Below the pieces are notes generated by a model, which worked only from the letters and a program-made list of their open reading frames with translations, did no database searches and was not told the DNA's origin. The position numbers and the translations under genes are program-made. Source: Hemiscyllium ocellatum (Eukaryota). Taken from it: a stretch of DNA of 64,000 bases. This document shows, in pieces, positions 13,331 to 24,136 of this stretch. Each line of letters begins with the position of its first letter. Positions within the stretch are counted from its first letter, which is position 1. The stretch is taken from the NCBI RefSeq assembly GCF_020745735.1, contig NW_026867463.1:1-64000 (forward strand), written 5' to 3'.

Positions 13331-13799
13331 CAGGTCCAGTGAGCCTTCCTCACTTATCAATGCAAGACAGAATGTTCTCTCTGGGAGGAAGGTCACTGCA
13401 GCAGCAGCAGCACAGGCAGGAGCTGTGCACTGGGACGGGGAGGATGGCTGCCACGGCTGAACTCAGGCCAATTGTCTGGAAGTTGAAACATCTAATTTAC
13501 AATGATCTGAATTCTGGAGGCCTCTGAAAAATGGAGGACCATTAAAGTTCAGAGACTTTGGAGTGTTACAGCTGAGTATTTATGTAAATATGATTTGAGA
13601 AATGAACAAGTAATCTTTAACTTTAATAACTATCAAACTGATACGCAGTTCACCACCAAACCTCATCTCTCAGACTAACCACTGCACTTACTCTGCCTAG
13701 ACCTAAATTTCCACTCACATTGACAAACCCCACCCTGCTATACACCCATTCATGCCCGGAACACACAACCCCCTATCACACAAAACACATCCAAGGCAA

Positions 13800-14470
13800 T
13801 CCATATTGACAGTGTAGCTGAGCAGAGAGATCTTGGTGCCCATGTACACAGATCCCTAAAAGTTGCCAGCCAGTTTGATAGAGTTGTTAAGAAGGCATAC
13901 TTTGTGCTGGCTTTCATCGATAGAGGGACTGAGTTTCAGAACCACTAGGTAAGGTTGCAGCTGTACAAAACTCTGGTGTGGCTGCACTTGGAGTATTGTG
14001 TACTGTTCTGGTCGCCACATTATAGAGAGAATGTGGAAGCTTTGGAAGAGTTCAGAGGAGGTTTACCAGGATGTTGTTTGGTATGGCGGGAAGGTTTAAT
14101 GAGGAAAGGATGAGGGTCTTGAGGCTGTTTTTGTTTGAGAGAAGAAGGTTGACTTAATTGAGACATAAAAGATAAACAGAGGGTGGACAGTGAAAGTCTT
14201 TTTCCTTGAATAGTGATGGCTAGCAGGAGAGGACATAGATGACAGATGTCAGAGGTTGTTTCTTAACTCAGAGAGTGGTAGGGGCATGGAACGCACTGCC
14301 TGCAACAATAGTACACTCGCCCACTTTAAGGGCATTTAAAAGGTCATTGGATAAACATATGGATGAAAATGGAATAGTGTAGGATAGATAGGCTTCAGAT
14401 TTTTACACTGACCTGTGGAATCATCGAGGGCTGAAGGGCCTGTACTGCACAGTAATGTTCTATATTCTAT
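13800..14470 (+). mobile_element. CR1-type LINE 3' fragment (RT C-terminal region)
   Basis: Similar to the reverse complement of 58917-59400 (gatcttggtgcccatgtacacagatccctaaaagttgcc...). Confidence 0.7.
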
Positions 14471-15959
14471 ATTCCAGATGGACATATGATCTCAATTCCT
14501 TTCAGTCATTTACACTCCTGCCGCCCTGTACCTGGTCCATGGTGAACGTGGCCCTTACCGGACCTGACACCATCATTTCCACAACAGCCCACTACCCAAG
14601 ACATGACCTCAGCCCTTGATCACTGACCTCTCACCTTACCCAAGACAACCTGTGCACATTGCATCCTAGCTCCTTTGGCATCTGTGCTTTACAACCTACC
14701 ATTTTGCCAGACTCTGAGCTTTGTATTTTGACAACACGTCCACCTGTCACTTCATTACAGTGACCTTCCACCCCCTGAAACATCCTGGCACCCTGCCCAT
14801 CTCTACACTAACCAGCCTGGCATCCTGCCCACCTCTCCATAAACCAGCCTGGCAAAGACAGACCTCCTGCATTTCAGCTCAAACTACCCCTCACCTACCA
14901 AGCACAATTCGACCAAATTATCCTGTGACCATTACCATTTCCCTTGATGCCACCTTGCCAGACAGAGTGCACGCAAGCTTACCCAGCAGCCAGCCTACCA
15001 GCCCAAACTTTCCCACATGCCCAATCTAGCCCCTCACTTGCTCACCACCTTCCAACTTTGAGCCTATCCACCATAAAGTCAGTGAGACATAAAGTCGTAC
15101 AGCACCGAAACAGTTCCCTTGGTCCAGCCCATCCATGCTGACCGGAGTTCCCAAATTAAACTCATTCCACTTGCCTGCCTTTGGCCCATATCCATCCAGA
15201 CCTATCCAGTTCCTGTAGCTGTTCAAATGGCTTCTCAATGTGGGACCTAGCTCTGCATTTACCACTTCCTCTGGCAGTTCATTCCAATGTTTTGGACAAT
15301 TACAACATGAAGCCCTAACTCCTGCACTCAGTGCTCTGACCAATGAAGGTATGTGCGCCAAACACCTTCAACACACTAGGTACTTGAGACAACGCTTTCA
15401 AGAATCTATGAGTCTTGAATCTATGAATTTCTGTGGTGGAGAATTCCAAACGAATTCACCATTCTTGTGTTGAACAGTAAACAATCAGGTTCAATGTTAT
15501 CAGTGTGTTGGGAAGATTGATGAGCAGCAAGATTAATGATGATCCCATGAATGGAATAGCCTTCTAGAGAGGCCGAGATGCCTTCTTCAGCTTCCATTTT
15601 GCATGCTGACATGTCCGTTCGGCAGCATATTCCAAAATTGTGATCCTTGAGGATAAGGGCACACATGCATGTGAAGCTTTCCTCCATATCAGACTTCAAC
15701 TTAACTCTCAACTATTTCCCTGCCCGTTTCCTCTTCCTCAATCACAGCCATGGGACTTACTTCCAAACAGCGCTGTGAATATGCTAATACCACACAAACT
15801 TCAGCAATTCAAATAGACTGATGACAACTTGTTTCTCAAGGCGATATAAAAAGTCTGACACTTCCACACCTGTCTCGAGATTCAAACAACCACTAGAAGA
15901 ATTGAAAATTATTTGAGGCACTTGTGTGTCTACACAAGATGACATGATTTCCTTTTTTT

Positions 15960-16136
15960 AAAAATCACACAACACCAAGAAAACTAGCTTTCGGAGTGAC
16001 GCTCCACTATCACCTGATAAAGGAGCGTCACTCCAAAAGCTAGTGTGCTTCCAATTAAACCTGTTGGACTATAACCTGGGGTTGTGTGATTTTTAACTTT
16101 GTACACCCCAGTCCAACACCAGCATCTCCAAATCAT
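15960..16136 (+). mobile_element. Penelope-LTR-like foldback insertion, family 2
   Basis: Left part (aaaatcacacaacacca; ctagctttcggagtgacgctcc) is the reverse complement of the right part. Flanked by catgatttcctttt (15943-15956) and catggtttcctttt (16134-16147), a 13/14 TSD-like match. Family assignment is inferred from the shared hammerhead-like core architecture. Confidence 0.6.
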
Positions 16137-16232
16137 GGTTTCCTTTTGAGTGATTTGACTGTGTTTTCACTGAATGAACAGAGCTATTTCTTAATCATAT
16201 AATAGGAATGAAGCTTCCCTCATTTTTAGCAA

Positions 16233-16433
16233 CTGCTGAAAATGTATTGCTGGAAAAGCGCAGCAGGTCAGGCAGCATCCAAGGAGCAGGCAGCATCCAA
16301 GGAGCCCTTCCTGAAGAAGGGCTCATGCCCGAAACGTCGATTCTCCTGCTCCTTGGATGCTGCCTGACCTGCTGTGCTTTTCCAGCAACACATTTTCAGC
16401 TCTGATCTCCAGCATCTGCAGTCCTCACTTTCT
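16233..16433 (+). mobile_element. Penelope-LTR-like foldback insertion, family 1, with hammerhead-like core
   Basis: Arms 16235-16290 and ~16345-16400 are inverted copies of the terminal repeat of the Penelope element at 48122-48250. 15-bp direct repeat cctcatttttagcaa at 16218-16232 and 16434-16448. Confidence 0.8.
16311..16338 (+). ncRNA. Minimal hammerhead ribozyme-like motif
   Basis: CTGAAGA-A-GGGC-tcat-GCCC-GAAAC-GTC: CUGANGA box, 4-bp stem II, GAAA box, palindromic ACGU in place of stem III, GUC triplet. Stem I is very short, so activity is unproven. Confidence 0.55.
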
Positions 16434-19151
16434 CCTCATTTTTAGCAAGGCAATCACACATTATATTTCTTGATTCCAGGGAAGTATAGTGTTAAATTAA
16501 TGAAATATGATGATTGGGATGTTTCAATTGGAAATTGTCAGATATTTAAAGTTTACTTTCATGAGCAATTAATCCCAGCCTCATTGTGTCACAGTACTCA
16601 CAGGAATGTCTTTCAGAAATGGTGTCTCCCTTTGTTATGGGCAGTCAAATCAGTAAATCTGGGATAGCTTTTGCTTGTTAAACAAAGGTGTTAAAGAGCT
16701 TTAGCCAAAGGGAGATCTGTGGATTGAGCTCACAGATGCACCATGATCTAAGTAAGTGGGGGAACAACTAGAGGGGCTGAGTGCCCTCCTCTTGTTCCTA
16801 CCTTCCTATCATTGTGTCATTCATTAAGCTAGCACTGGCCGTGAATACTTTTGATTAAAATATTTCGATAAATTAATTGTTTCACACATGCTTTAAAAAA
16901 AACTTCTGTTGATTATTTTGAACGGGATCACTGACATTCTCTATTTGAGTGATCAAAATAACTTCCACCCAATTACAGCAGCCACTGCACTCTGCAGTGT
17001 GTTGTTACTTCATAATAGTTTCTTGTGAAACTACAGCTCGAGATCAGGGCACTCAAATTCAATAATATCTCTGAACATTTGCAATTTGTTCAAATGCATC
17101 CTTTCTCTGAAGAACGTGTTTAATCGAACAGAACGTTTTTCAATGAAACAACAAACTTTAAATGCTAGAAAACCAAAATAAAGACAGAAACGTCTGAAGA
17201 AACTCAGCAGGTCTAGCAGCTCCTGTGGAGAGAAGGCAAGTTTAACCTTTCCCATCCAGAGACCCCCTCTTCACCAAATTGTTTTCATGTTTTTGGCACA
17301 AGAGCTCACACCCGTTGAGATAAACAGTGATTCCGTTGGCTTGACTCCTGTTGAAAAAAGGATTCTTAGCAGAGGTACTGGATGGTCTGAGATAGCAATG
17401 GAAGACCAACTGAAAAGCTATCACCATCTGCTGCAAGTGTTGGATTCAACAGAAACCCCCACAGTACTGAACAATCAAATTCAGCTACAGCACTGGTTTA
17501 ATATAAAGTAAAACAGCTTAAGCAAAATCTCATCAAATATACTTTGAAAATGTTTCATTCGGGATTATTTATAAATGATATTGTTAGGACAGCAAGTCAA
17601 AAGCTGGGATTTCTTTGAGCACTTACTCCATTAACCCCATCTAGCGATGCCCAAAAGCTTGTGAACAAATATTGATCTGGAAAAAGCTGCTAACCACCAA
17701 AATTCTGTTTAATGTCTAAGAGACACAAGTCAGGACAGCGATTGAATAGATTTCAGTGGCCTCTGTGAGTGGAATTCCAACAAACACCCAAACATCTCAA
17801 TCTGCTTTCTTGTACTGAAGTAACCTGATAAGAGATGGTGTTACATACCTCTCTAATAGGTTGTAAGTGAACACAGGCCACCTGGCACAGAATCAGGGAC
17901 CCTACCACAACATCACAACAGACCTGAACACAATGAGCTCGACACTATCACGGAGAACACAGCTCACCTGTTTTGACAGTTTATAAACCATGTTAGTTAT
18001 TAACACCTTCCAACAACCAGGGATTGTTCCAGAATGTTTGTACAATGAAAGTAACATTTCAACATTTATCCAAGAATACTTTGACAGCTGCTCCAAATTG
18101 TTCAAACTCAATGGGAACTACAGAGCAATAAAACTAGGAATTGCATTGCCATCAATTCACTGTCACTAGATTCCAACCTCGAACTCCCTTCCTCTTTCCC
18201 CTGTGAATGTTGCTGCACCAGACGGTCTACTTAGTTTGAAAAAGATTAAAATATTTTGAAGTGTAATAAGACCATCGCCAGTAACATTAAAAGCTGATAA
18301 TAAGTTTTCAAATAATAAGATGCAAAAAAAATTCTGATTTTACATTGTGCCATGAAACATCTCCTGCATAACTGAGGCACAAAGAAAATATGCAGCATAT
18401 TTCCCTCTGCCTCGCTCAATCAAATATCTCTTGTTGTCAACAACCAATTTCAAAACTCTTGCTATCTGCCTTTTGTTCCTGAAACATTCGTTCTGATTGG
18501 AACAACTTAGTCAGGGCTCTCAATTCTGAGGCACCTAATCAAATATTGTATTTCTGGCAGATAAAAGTGGTTTTGAAGCGCGAGATAAAATTGAACTGTC
18601 TGAGATTCAGGTATCCGAACTGGACAATTTATAAATGGTCAGGACCGTGGACAAGTTAGTCAGAGATAACACTGAAACAAACTGTACAACAGACTTAATC
18701 CCAGAGGATACATTGCTCAACTCCTCACGTCAAATATATTCACTGTAATTGAATATTCATCAGAGGAACTAACCAGTGGATTAATGTGAACGAGAATGTG
18801 TTCACAATGAACATAAATAACCACTGAGTTCATAAACTTAATAAGTCATTGTATTTAACAAAATTATTGAGGTGGGAAATATCGCCAATTAAAGCACAGA
18901 TCTGGAGGAAATGGATTATTCTCTAAATTATTTTTACATATTCTTAAAACGTTCCTCGAATTGTGGAGATTTTGCATGCACTGCATAAATAATACTGCAT
19001 TCCAGTGTGGAAAGCATTTCTGTTGAAGGAATTAGGGCAAGGTTATTTTCTTGTTAACTGCTTGTAATGAACTAAAATGTTGAAAAAGGTATGAATTGAA
19101 AACATGCTTCTGTCTGGAGTTGCCCACTTTAACGGATGTCTAAGTAAATGT

Positions 19152-19420
19152 GGGCACTGCTGCCTCACAGATCCAGGTACCCAGGCTCGGTTCCAGCCTC
19201 GGGTGACGGCCTATGTGGAGTTTACACAATCTCCCCTGTGTCTGTGTGGATTTCCTCCCAAAATCCAAAGATGTGCAAGTCAGGTGAACTGGTCATGCTA
19301 TATTGTCTATAGTGTTAGGTGCATCAGTCAGGGGTAAATATAGGGTAGGGGAATGGGTCTGGATGGGTTCCTCTTCAGAGGGTCGGTGTGGACTTGTTGG
19401 GCCAAATGGCCTGATACATA
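19152..19420 (+). mobile_element. tRNA-derived SINE, V-SINE/HE1-like
   Basis: gcactgctgcctcacag...cgggtgacggcctatgtggagtttacacaatctcccctgtgtctgtgtggatttcctccc...gggccaaatggcctg; same family as 12650-12966. Confidence 0.75.
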
Positions 19421-19674
19421 CTGCAGGAAATCTAATCTAAATGATTGTTACACTGAACTAAAGTGAGCAGATTCCTTCAGATCGCTACATTGCAATAAAT
19501 CGATCAAGTATATTAATTAAAATAAATATTACTCTATTTTCAGTGTTTGAATAAACAATGTGCTCTGTTATCCTCTAGTTCATGTCTTCTGCAAATTTGT
19601 GAACTCTGCATACGCCTGAACACATCGATGTAAAATGAATTTTCTGCGTTTGCAGCAAGTACTCCCATGGTTTT

Positions 19675-20028
19675 AAGAGGAGAGTTCCTACAGTATGGAA
19701 ACAGGCCATTTGGCCCAACAATTCCACACTGACCCTCTGAACAGTAAGTAGCCCACCCAGACCCATTCCCCCTAATTTATATTTGTCCTTGACTAATGCA
19801 CCCTAACCTAGACATCCCTGAACACTAGGGCTGTGCTAAACTGCACAATCACCTGACCTGCACATCTTTTGGACTGTGGTAGGAAACCACAGCGCCCGAA
19901 GGAAACCCACACAGACACAGGGAGAATGTGCAAACTCCACACAGGCAGTCACCCGAGGGTGGAATCAAATTTGGGACCCTGGCGCTGTGAGGCAGCAATG
20001 CCAATCACTGAGCCACCATGCTGCCCTG
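19675..20028 (-). mobile_element. tRNA-derived SINE, V-SINE/HE1-like
   Basis: Reverse-complement copy of the same SINE, ~250 bp from the plus-strand copy. Confidence 0.75.
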
Positions 20029-21637
20029 GAGTTCATGAGTGGATTACTTTAATTAATTCGAAATTTGGTTGGTCACATAATTCACTAGAGCAGTTGTTTC
20101 CTGAAGAATGACTCTTCAGTTGATATTTTGTTGTAAAATGTAACTATTTATTTAAAATGCACAGATTGGGAACACCTAAAGCACTGTGCAGGTTAAATAA
20201 TTCAGTTAATGTTTTATTTTTATCCTGCAAATCCAGTTTAATCAGGGACATAACAATTAATTAACTCAAGTTATATGTGAAACTGATCAAAGCAGTGAAA
20301 CTGATCTGTTCTTCATAGAATTGAGCAGAATTTCCAAATGGTCTTTGCCAATGATCTTTTCCAGCCAGAAAAATATGTATGTAGTGTACAGCGGAATTGA
20401 AAGGTGTTTCTTGATCAATTATAGCACAGTCATGGTATTTTTGCTCAAGAGCAAGAACAATTAGAACATTCGACTTTTGAAATTCTATTTATATTTCTCT
20501 ATGACTTGTAAACTGTTTAAAGACAGACCTTGTGATTGAACTAGATAGTTGAGTTTCGAATTTGGATTGTAAAGCATGGATTAGATTAATCCTTAATTAT
20601 TTATTTTAAGTAAAAATAGCACCTGAAGGTATCTGTTTTCCCTTCATTTCTAAAACCTGTGCGATTTGCCTTTCACTTTATCATAGACTTTATGAAATTT
20701 TAACTCGCATGCTGATTGCATTGAATGAGGAAAGAGCAGTTCACTGTCACCAACCGTGTTAACATTGCAAAAACAATGTAGAAACCAGAAACGGTTTCCC
20801 AAATATAACACATTTAATGTTACCCAAGCACAGTCCCTCCTCAACAGATCAACGATCACCAGATCACAACACGGTATGTTTGCAGCAGAACTAGCTCTGC
20901 AAACATTTTCGACAGAACCAAGGACATGATGTCACCTCACAAATAAAACCAAATTGAAGTCTAACAAAGCTGCTCAGAATCAAGCAAACTAATGATTAAA
21001 TTGAATAGAAATAACAGGTCATAATAGCAACCTTGTTTTGAGGGGACTTAACACTTAAAGCTGTAACGTTTCTGGCAATAGTTCAATTTATTTCTAACCT
21101 GCACACCCTTCCTGATCATGACAATCTTGTGCAGCGCACAGTAGAGTGGGGTTGAAGGCATATATTGATTAATCACCTCATGGTCAAAACAAAATTACTG
21201 AATGGACAAATATTACCACATTATAATTTTAAGTTAGTTTCAATTACGTGATCTGATCAATTCTGCAGTTTCAGATTTAGGTCCCAAATTTTATTTTGAA
21301 TGAGGCTACTCAAACAAAATTCAGTTCGTTTACAATTAGAACGGAGTTTTTTTTTAAAAGTCAATCCATTAAAAACTCGTTTTTTTTTCATTTCTCACAC
21401 ATCTGGGTTTCTGCCTTAAGTTGTTTTTCAGACCGTTACAAATGGATGTAATGTTTTCAATCAAGCAGAGAAAAATATGTCATATAAGTTTAACAAATGC
21501 AGAAATGATTCATGAAAAACAAAAGAACTTCACAAATATTGGTAATGAAAAGTATTCCAGAGAGTCAATCTCCTCACCAGAAAGAAAACTTCGATTCAGA
21601 AAGCATGAAAACGCAGATCAATTTCACAAACTGAATA

Positions 21638-21920
21638 AGAATCCAATCAACTCAATTCAACAGAATCAAGGAAAATAAAATCAGAATCCAATCAACTCAA
21701 AACAACAGATTTGAATGAAACATAATCAGAATCCAACCAATTCAATTCAACAGAATCAAATAAAACAATTTCAAAAGTCAATCAACACAATTCAACAAAA
21801 CCAAGTAAAAACAAAGTCAGAATCCAATCAACACAGTTCAACCCGAATCAACTAAAACAAAGCCAAAATCCAATCAACTCAATTCAACAGTAAAACAAAC
21901 TCCGAATCTAATCAACAGAA
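21638..21920. repeat. Degenerate ~45-bp tandem repeat in the J-C intron
   Basis: About 7 copies of agaatccaatcaactcaattcaacagaatcaa..aaaa..aaatc, strongly A/C-rich on the plus strand. Confidence 0.8.
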
Positions 21921-22434
21921 TGCAATATAGCACCGCAAGAAACTTTGATGACAGTTTCTAACCTGCTTGTCATCAACAAAATTAACAAAATAAATGAGAA
22001 AATATAATCATGGTAAGAACATATATTCAAGAAATGAATAATGATATTTTAGCATATTTTAGTCATGTTTGGTAATATCTTGAACATCTATGAATTCGTA
22101 GCATTTGTTGTTGATAATAAAACTCACAGTCAGGGTGTCACTGACATTAAACATTATTTATAGCTGACTGATTAAGAGACATTAGGTGTTTCAAGTAACC
22201 CAGCCACATAGAATGTCCATCTGATCAAAAAAAAGAGATACACTGAGCAAATGACTCCATCATCACCATTTTAACTATTTGCTGAGCCTTAACTGAAGTC
22301 TATAATCAGTCTGAACAAAAATCAATCCGAACCAAACCAAACTCAGCACAGAATCTGAGTTTCATTTAATTCAGAAATTAGTCACATGAATGGAAAGTTT
22401 TTAAAAAGTCACTAAGAATGTTCAAAGTTCTTAC

Positions 22435-22493
22435 CTGAAGTCACTGTCACCATGGTCCCTTGGCCCCAGTAATCAAGATAGTACCAGCTATAT
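22435..22493 (-). CDS. IGHJ: JH segment with a 5' D-like extension (probable pre-joined D-JH)
   Basis: A TAT AGC TGG TAC TAT CTT GAT TAC TGG GGC CAA GGG ACC ATG GTG ACA GTG ACT TCA G|gtaag = YSWYYLDYWGQGTMVTVTS. WGQG motif and phase-1 donor match CH1. Confidence 0.9.
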
Positions 22494-22521
22494 CACTGTG
22501 AGACACGTTGTGTCAAATACT
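22494..22521 (+). promoter_or_regulatory. Recombination signal sequence with 12-bp spacer abutting D-JH
   Basis: Reading away from the coding end: CACTGTG (22494-22500), agacacgttgtg (12 nt), TCAAATACT (6/9 to ACAAAAACC). No nonamer-like sequence at a 22/23-nt spacing. Confidence 0.65.
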
Positions 22522-22824
22522 ATGACAGACTGTAAACTGTAAAATGCAAATAATTTCTTCACTTCCTAGAAAGCAGTGATTCAGACTCCTCTAAAAATGA
22601 TTTGGTGCATTATTTCAGCTTTTACTATTCATTGTATTTTGAAAGCTTGGAATACTTTTCCAGGTTTGGTCTGCATTTAACTTGACAATCAACACGAAGA
22701 AGGTAGAAAACAATTATACATTTGTACAAACTAGCACGACTGGATTGTGTTTAAATTGCATCTCACATTATTTCTCGCTCCTGCCACGGTAGAAATCACC
22801 AATTTGAGATAAATCCTTGTCAGT

Positions 22825-22862
22825 GGTTATTGTATGAGGATGTCGCTGTGCACAGCATTGTG
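22825..22862 (-). promoter_or_regulatory. Recombination signal sequence with 22-bp spacer 3' of VH(D)
   Basis: CACAATG (22862-22856), 22-nt spacer, ACAATAACC (22833-22825); one mismatch each to the consensus heptamer and nonamer. Confidence 0.85.
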
Positions 22863-23168
22863 ACCCACTTGCACAGTAATAGATGGCGGTGTCTTCGATC
22901 TTCAGGTTAGTCATCTCCAACGCGAAAATGTTCTTTGAAGTGTCTTTGGACGCACTAAATCGACCCTTAATCGCTGGTGCATAGTTATTGCTGGATGAAC
23001 TATAGTAGCTAACCAGCCACTCCAGACCCTGGCCGGGAACCTGGCGGACCCAGCTCATGTAGCTGCTGCTGAGATCGAACCCGCTGGTTTTACAGGTCAG
23101 TTTCAGGCTGCCTGAGGGACGGCCAGTCTCTGCCTCTGGCTGGGTCAAAACAACCTCCGACTGGACAC
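22863..23168 (-). CDS. IGHV: IgM-type VH exon (end of leader plus V domain, possibly with a joined D1 remnant)
   Basis: (C)[101 protein letters not shown]. Conserved Cys, WVRQ and YYC; open frame; tttaaag| acceptor. Confidence 0.95.
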
Positions 23169-23273
23169 CTTTAAAAAAGACAAGAAATAAACCATGAGCA
23201 TTACTTTTACATTCCTGAGGTAGACTAACATTGAGACAGCAACAAAGACAGACTTAAACAAAAAAACACTCAC

Positions 23274-23322
23274 ATGATAAGAAAGTCAGTAATAAACTGA
23301 GAAAAATTGTCGACACAATCAT
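23274..23322 (-). CDS. IGHV: VH leader exon
   Basis: ATG...MIVSTIFLSLLLTFLS + T|gtgag. 49 nt; 105-nt intron to the V exon; phase 1 gives Cys-Val-Gln-Ser. Confidence 0.92.
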
Positions 23323-23408
23323 TCTGATAACTTCTGGGAAGCGGTTCTGTCAAGATCTTTCTAAACAAAGCCGACCCAGGAGTGTTGAATTACGGTCCAG
23401 TGCCTAGG

Positions 23409-23415
23409 ATTTATA
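23409..23415 (-). promoter_or_regulatory. TATA box of the VH promoter
   Basis: TATAAAT on the minus strand ~90 nt upstream of the leader ATG. I saw no octamer within ~350 nt, consistent with octamer-less shark IgH promoters. Confidence 0.6.
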
Positions 23416-23691
23416 TGGCTATCGGAAAGGGCAGGCTCACAGCTTCCGCCTGTTGGTTTCCTGCTGGAGACTGAGACTGGATCCTGGTCTCAGCTTGCAC
23501 AGCCCCAACACATGGGCGCATGTCTTTACGAGGTTATGCTTAAACATGGATATATACACATCTTGGGATATTTATTTTGCTGAATAGCTTCTTTGGGAGT
23601 TTTTTTTTAAATGGTGGAAGTAAAATTGAGTACCTTCAGGTCTATTTCACATGATAGTTGCAAGTATTTTGTTTTAAAATAAATTCATTCG

Positions 23692-24136
23692 GAAGTTAGC
23701 TCCCTTTATTTCTACATTCATTCACAAACAGATAAAACTAAAATCGAAGTTCAAACGTATTACTAGCTAGGAAAACAATTGAGTTTTTTTTTCCAGGACA
23801 CTGCCAGTCTCTGTCCCACTACAAAATAACATGTAATTCATACTAAACATTTCAAAATTCAATTTAGGCAACTGAATACAGAGCGTGTCCAAAGTGATTA
23901 TATTCAGAATATTCAATTAGAAGTTAACTCCCTTTAATTCTACATTCCACCACAAGCAGATAAAGCTAAAAAGAACTTCAATCATATTATTAACCAACAA
24001 AATGAGTGACTTTATTTTTGCTGTCACTCAACGTCTCTCTCACTTTACAAAATAACATCCCATGTCTAATCTGCGTTTCTAAATTCCATTTAGGCAACCT
24101 AATATGGAGCAGGACTAAAGTGATTATGTTCAGAAT
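23692..24136. repeat. Old tandem duplication of ~220 bp upstream of the VH promoter
   Basis: 23692-23910 and 23920-24136 align colinearly (gaagtta.ctccctt.a.ttctacatt...caaaataacat...tttaggcaac...aaagtgatta..ttcagaat). Confidence 0.75.

Noticed and set aside
22544-22551. Consensus octamer ATGCAAAT between V and J
   Set aside because: An isolated 8-mer in AT-rich DNA is expected by chance a few times in 64 kb, and it would be deleted on rearrangement.
22844-22857. cgctgtg|cacagca resembling a head-to-head signal joint, or an alternative CACAGCG heptamer
   Set aside because: It lies inside the 22-nt spacer; using CACAGCG gives a 10-nt spacer to the nonamer, and there is no second nonamer on the other side.
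5452-23322. Assignment of the gene as IgNAR or IgW
   Set aside because: It has four C exons, a CH1 with the light-chain Cys, a conventional VH (WVRQ, full CDR2) and a [20 protein letters not shown] tail, all of which fit shark mu rather than NAR or omega.
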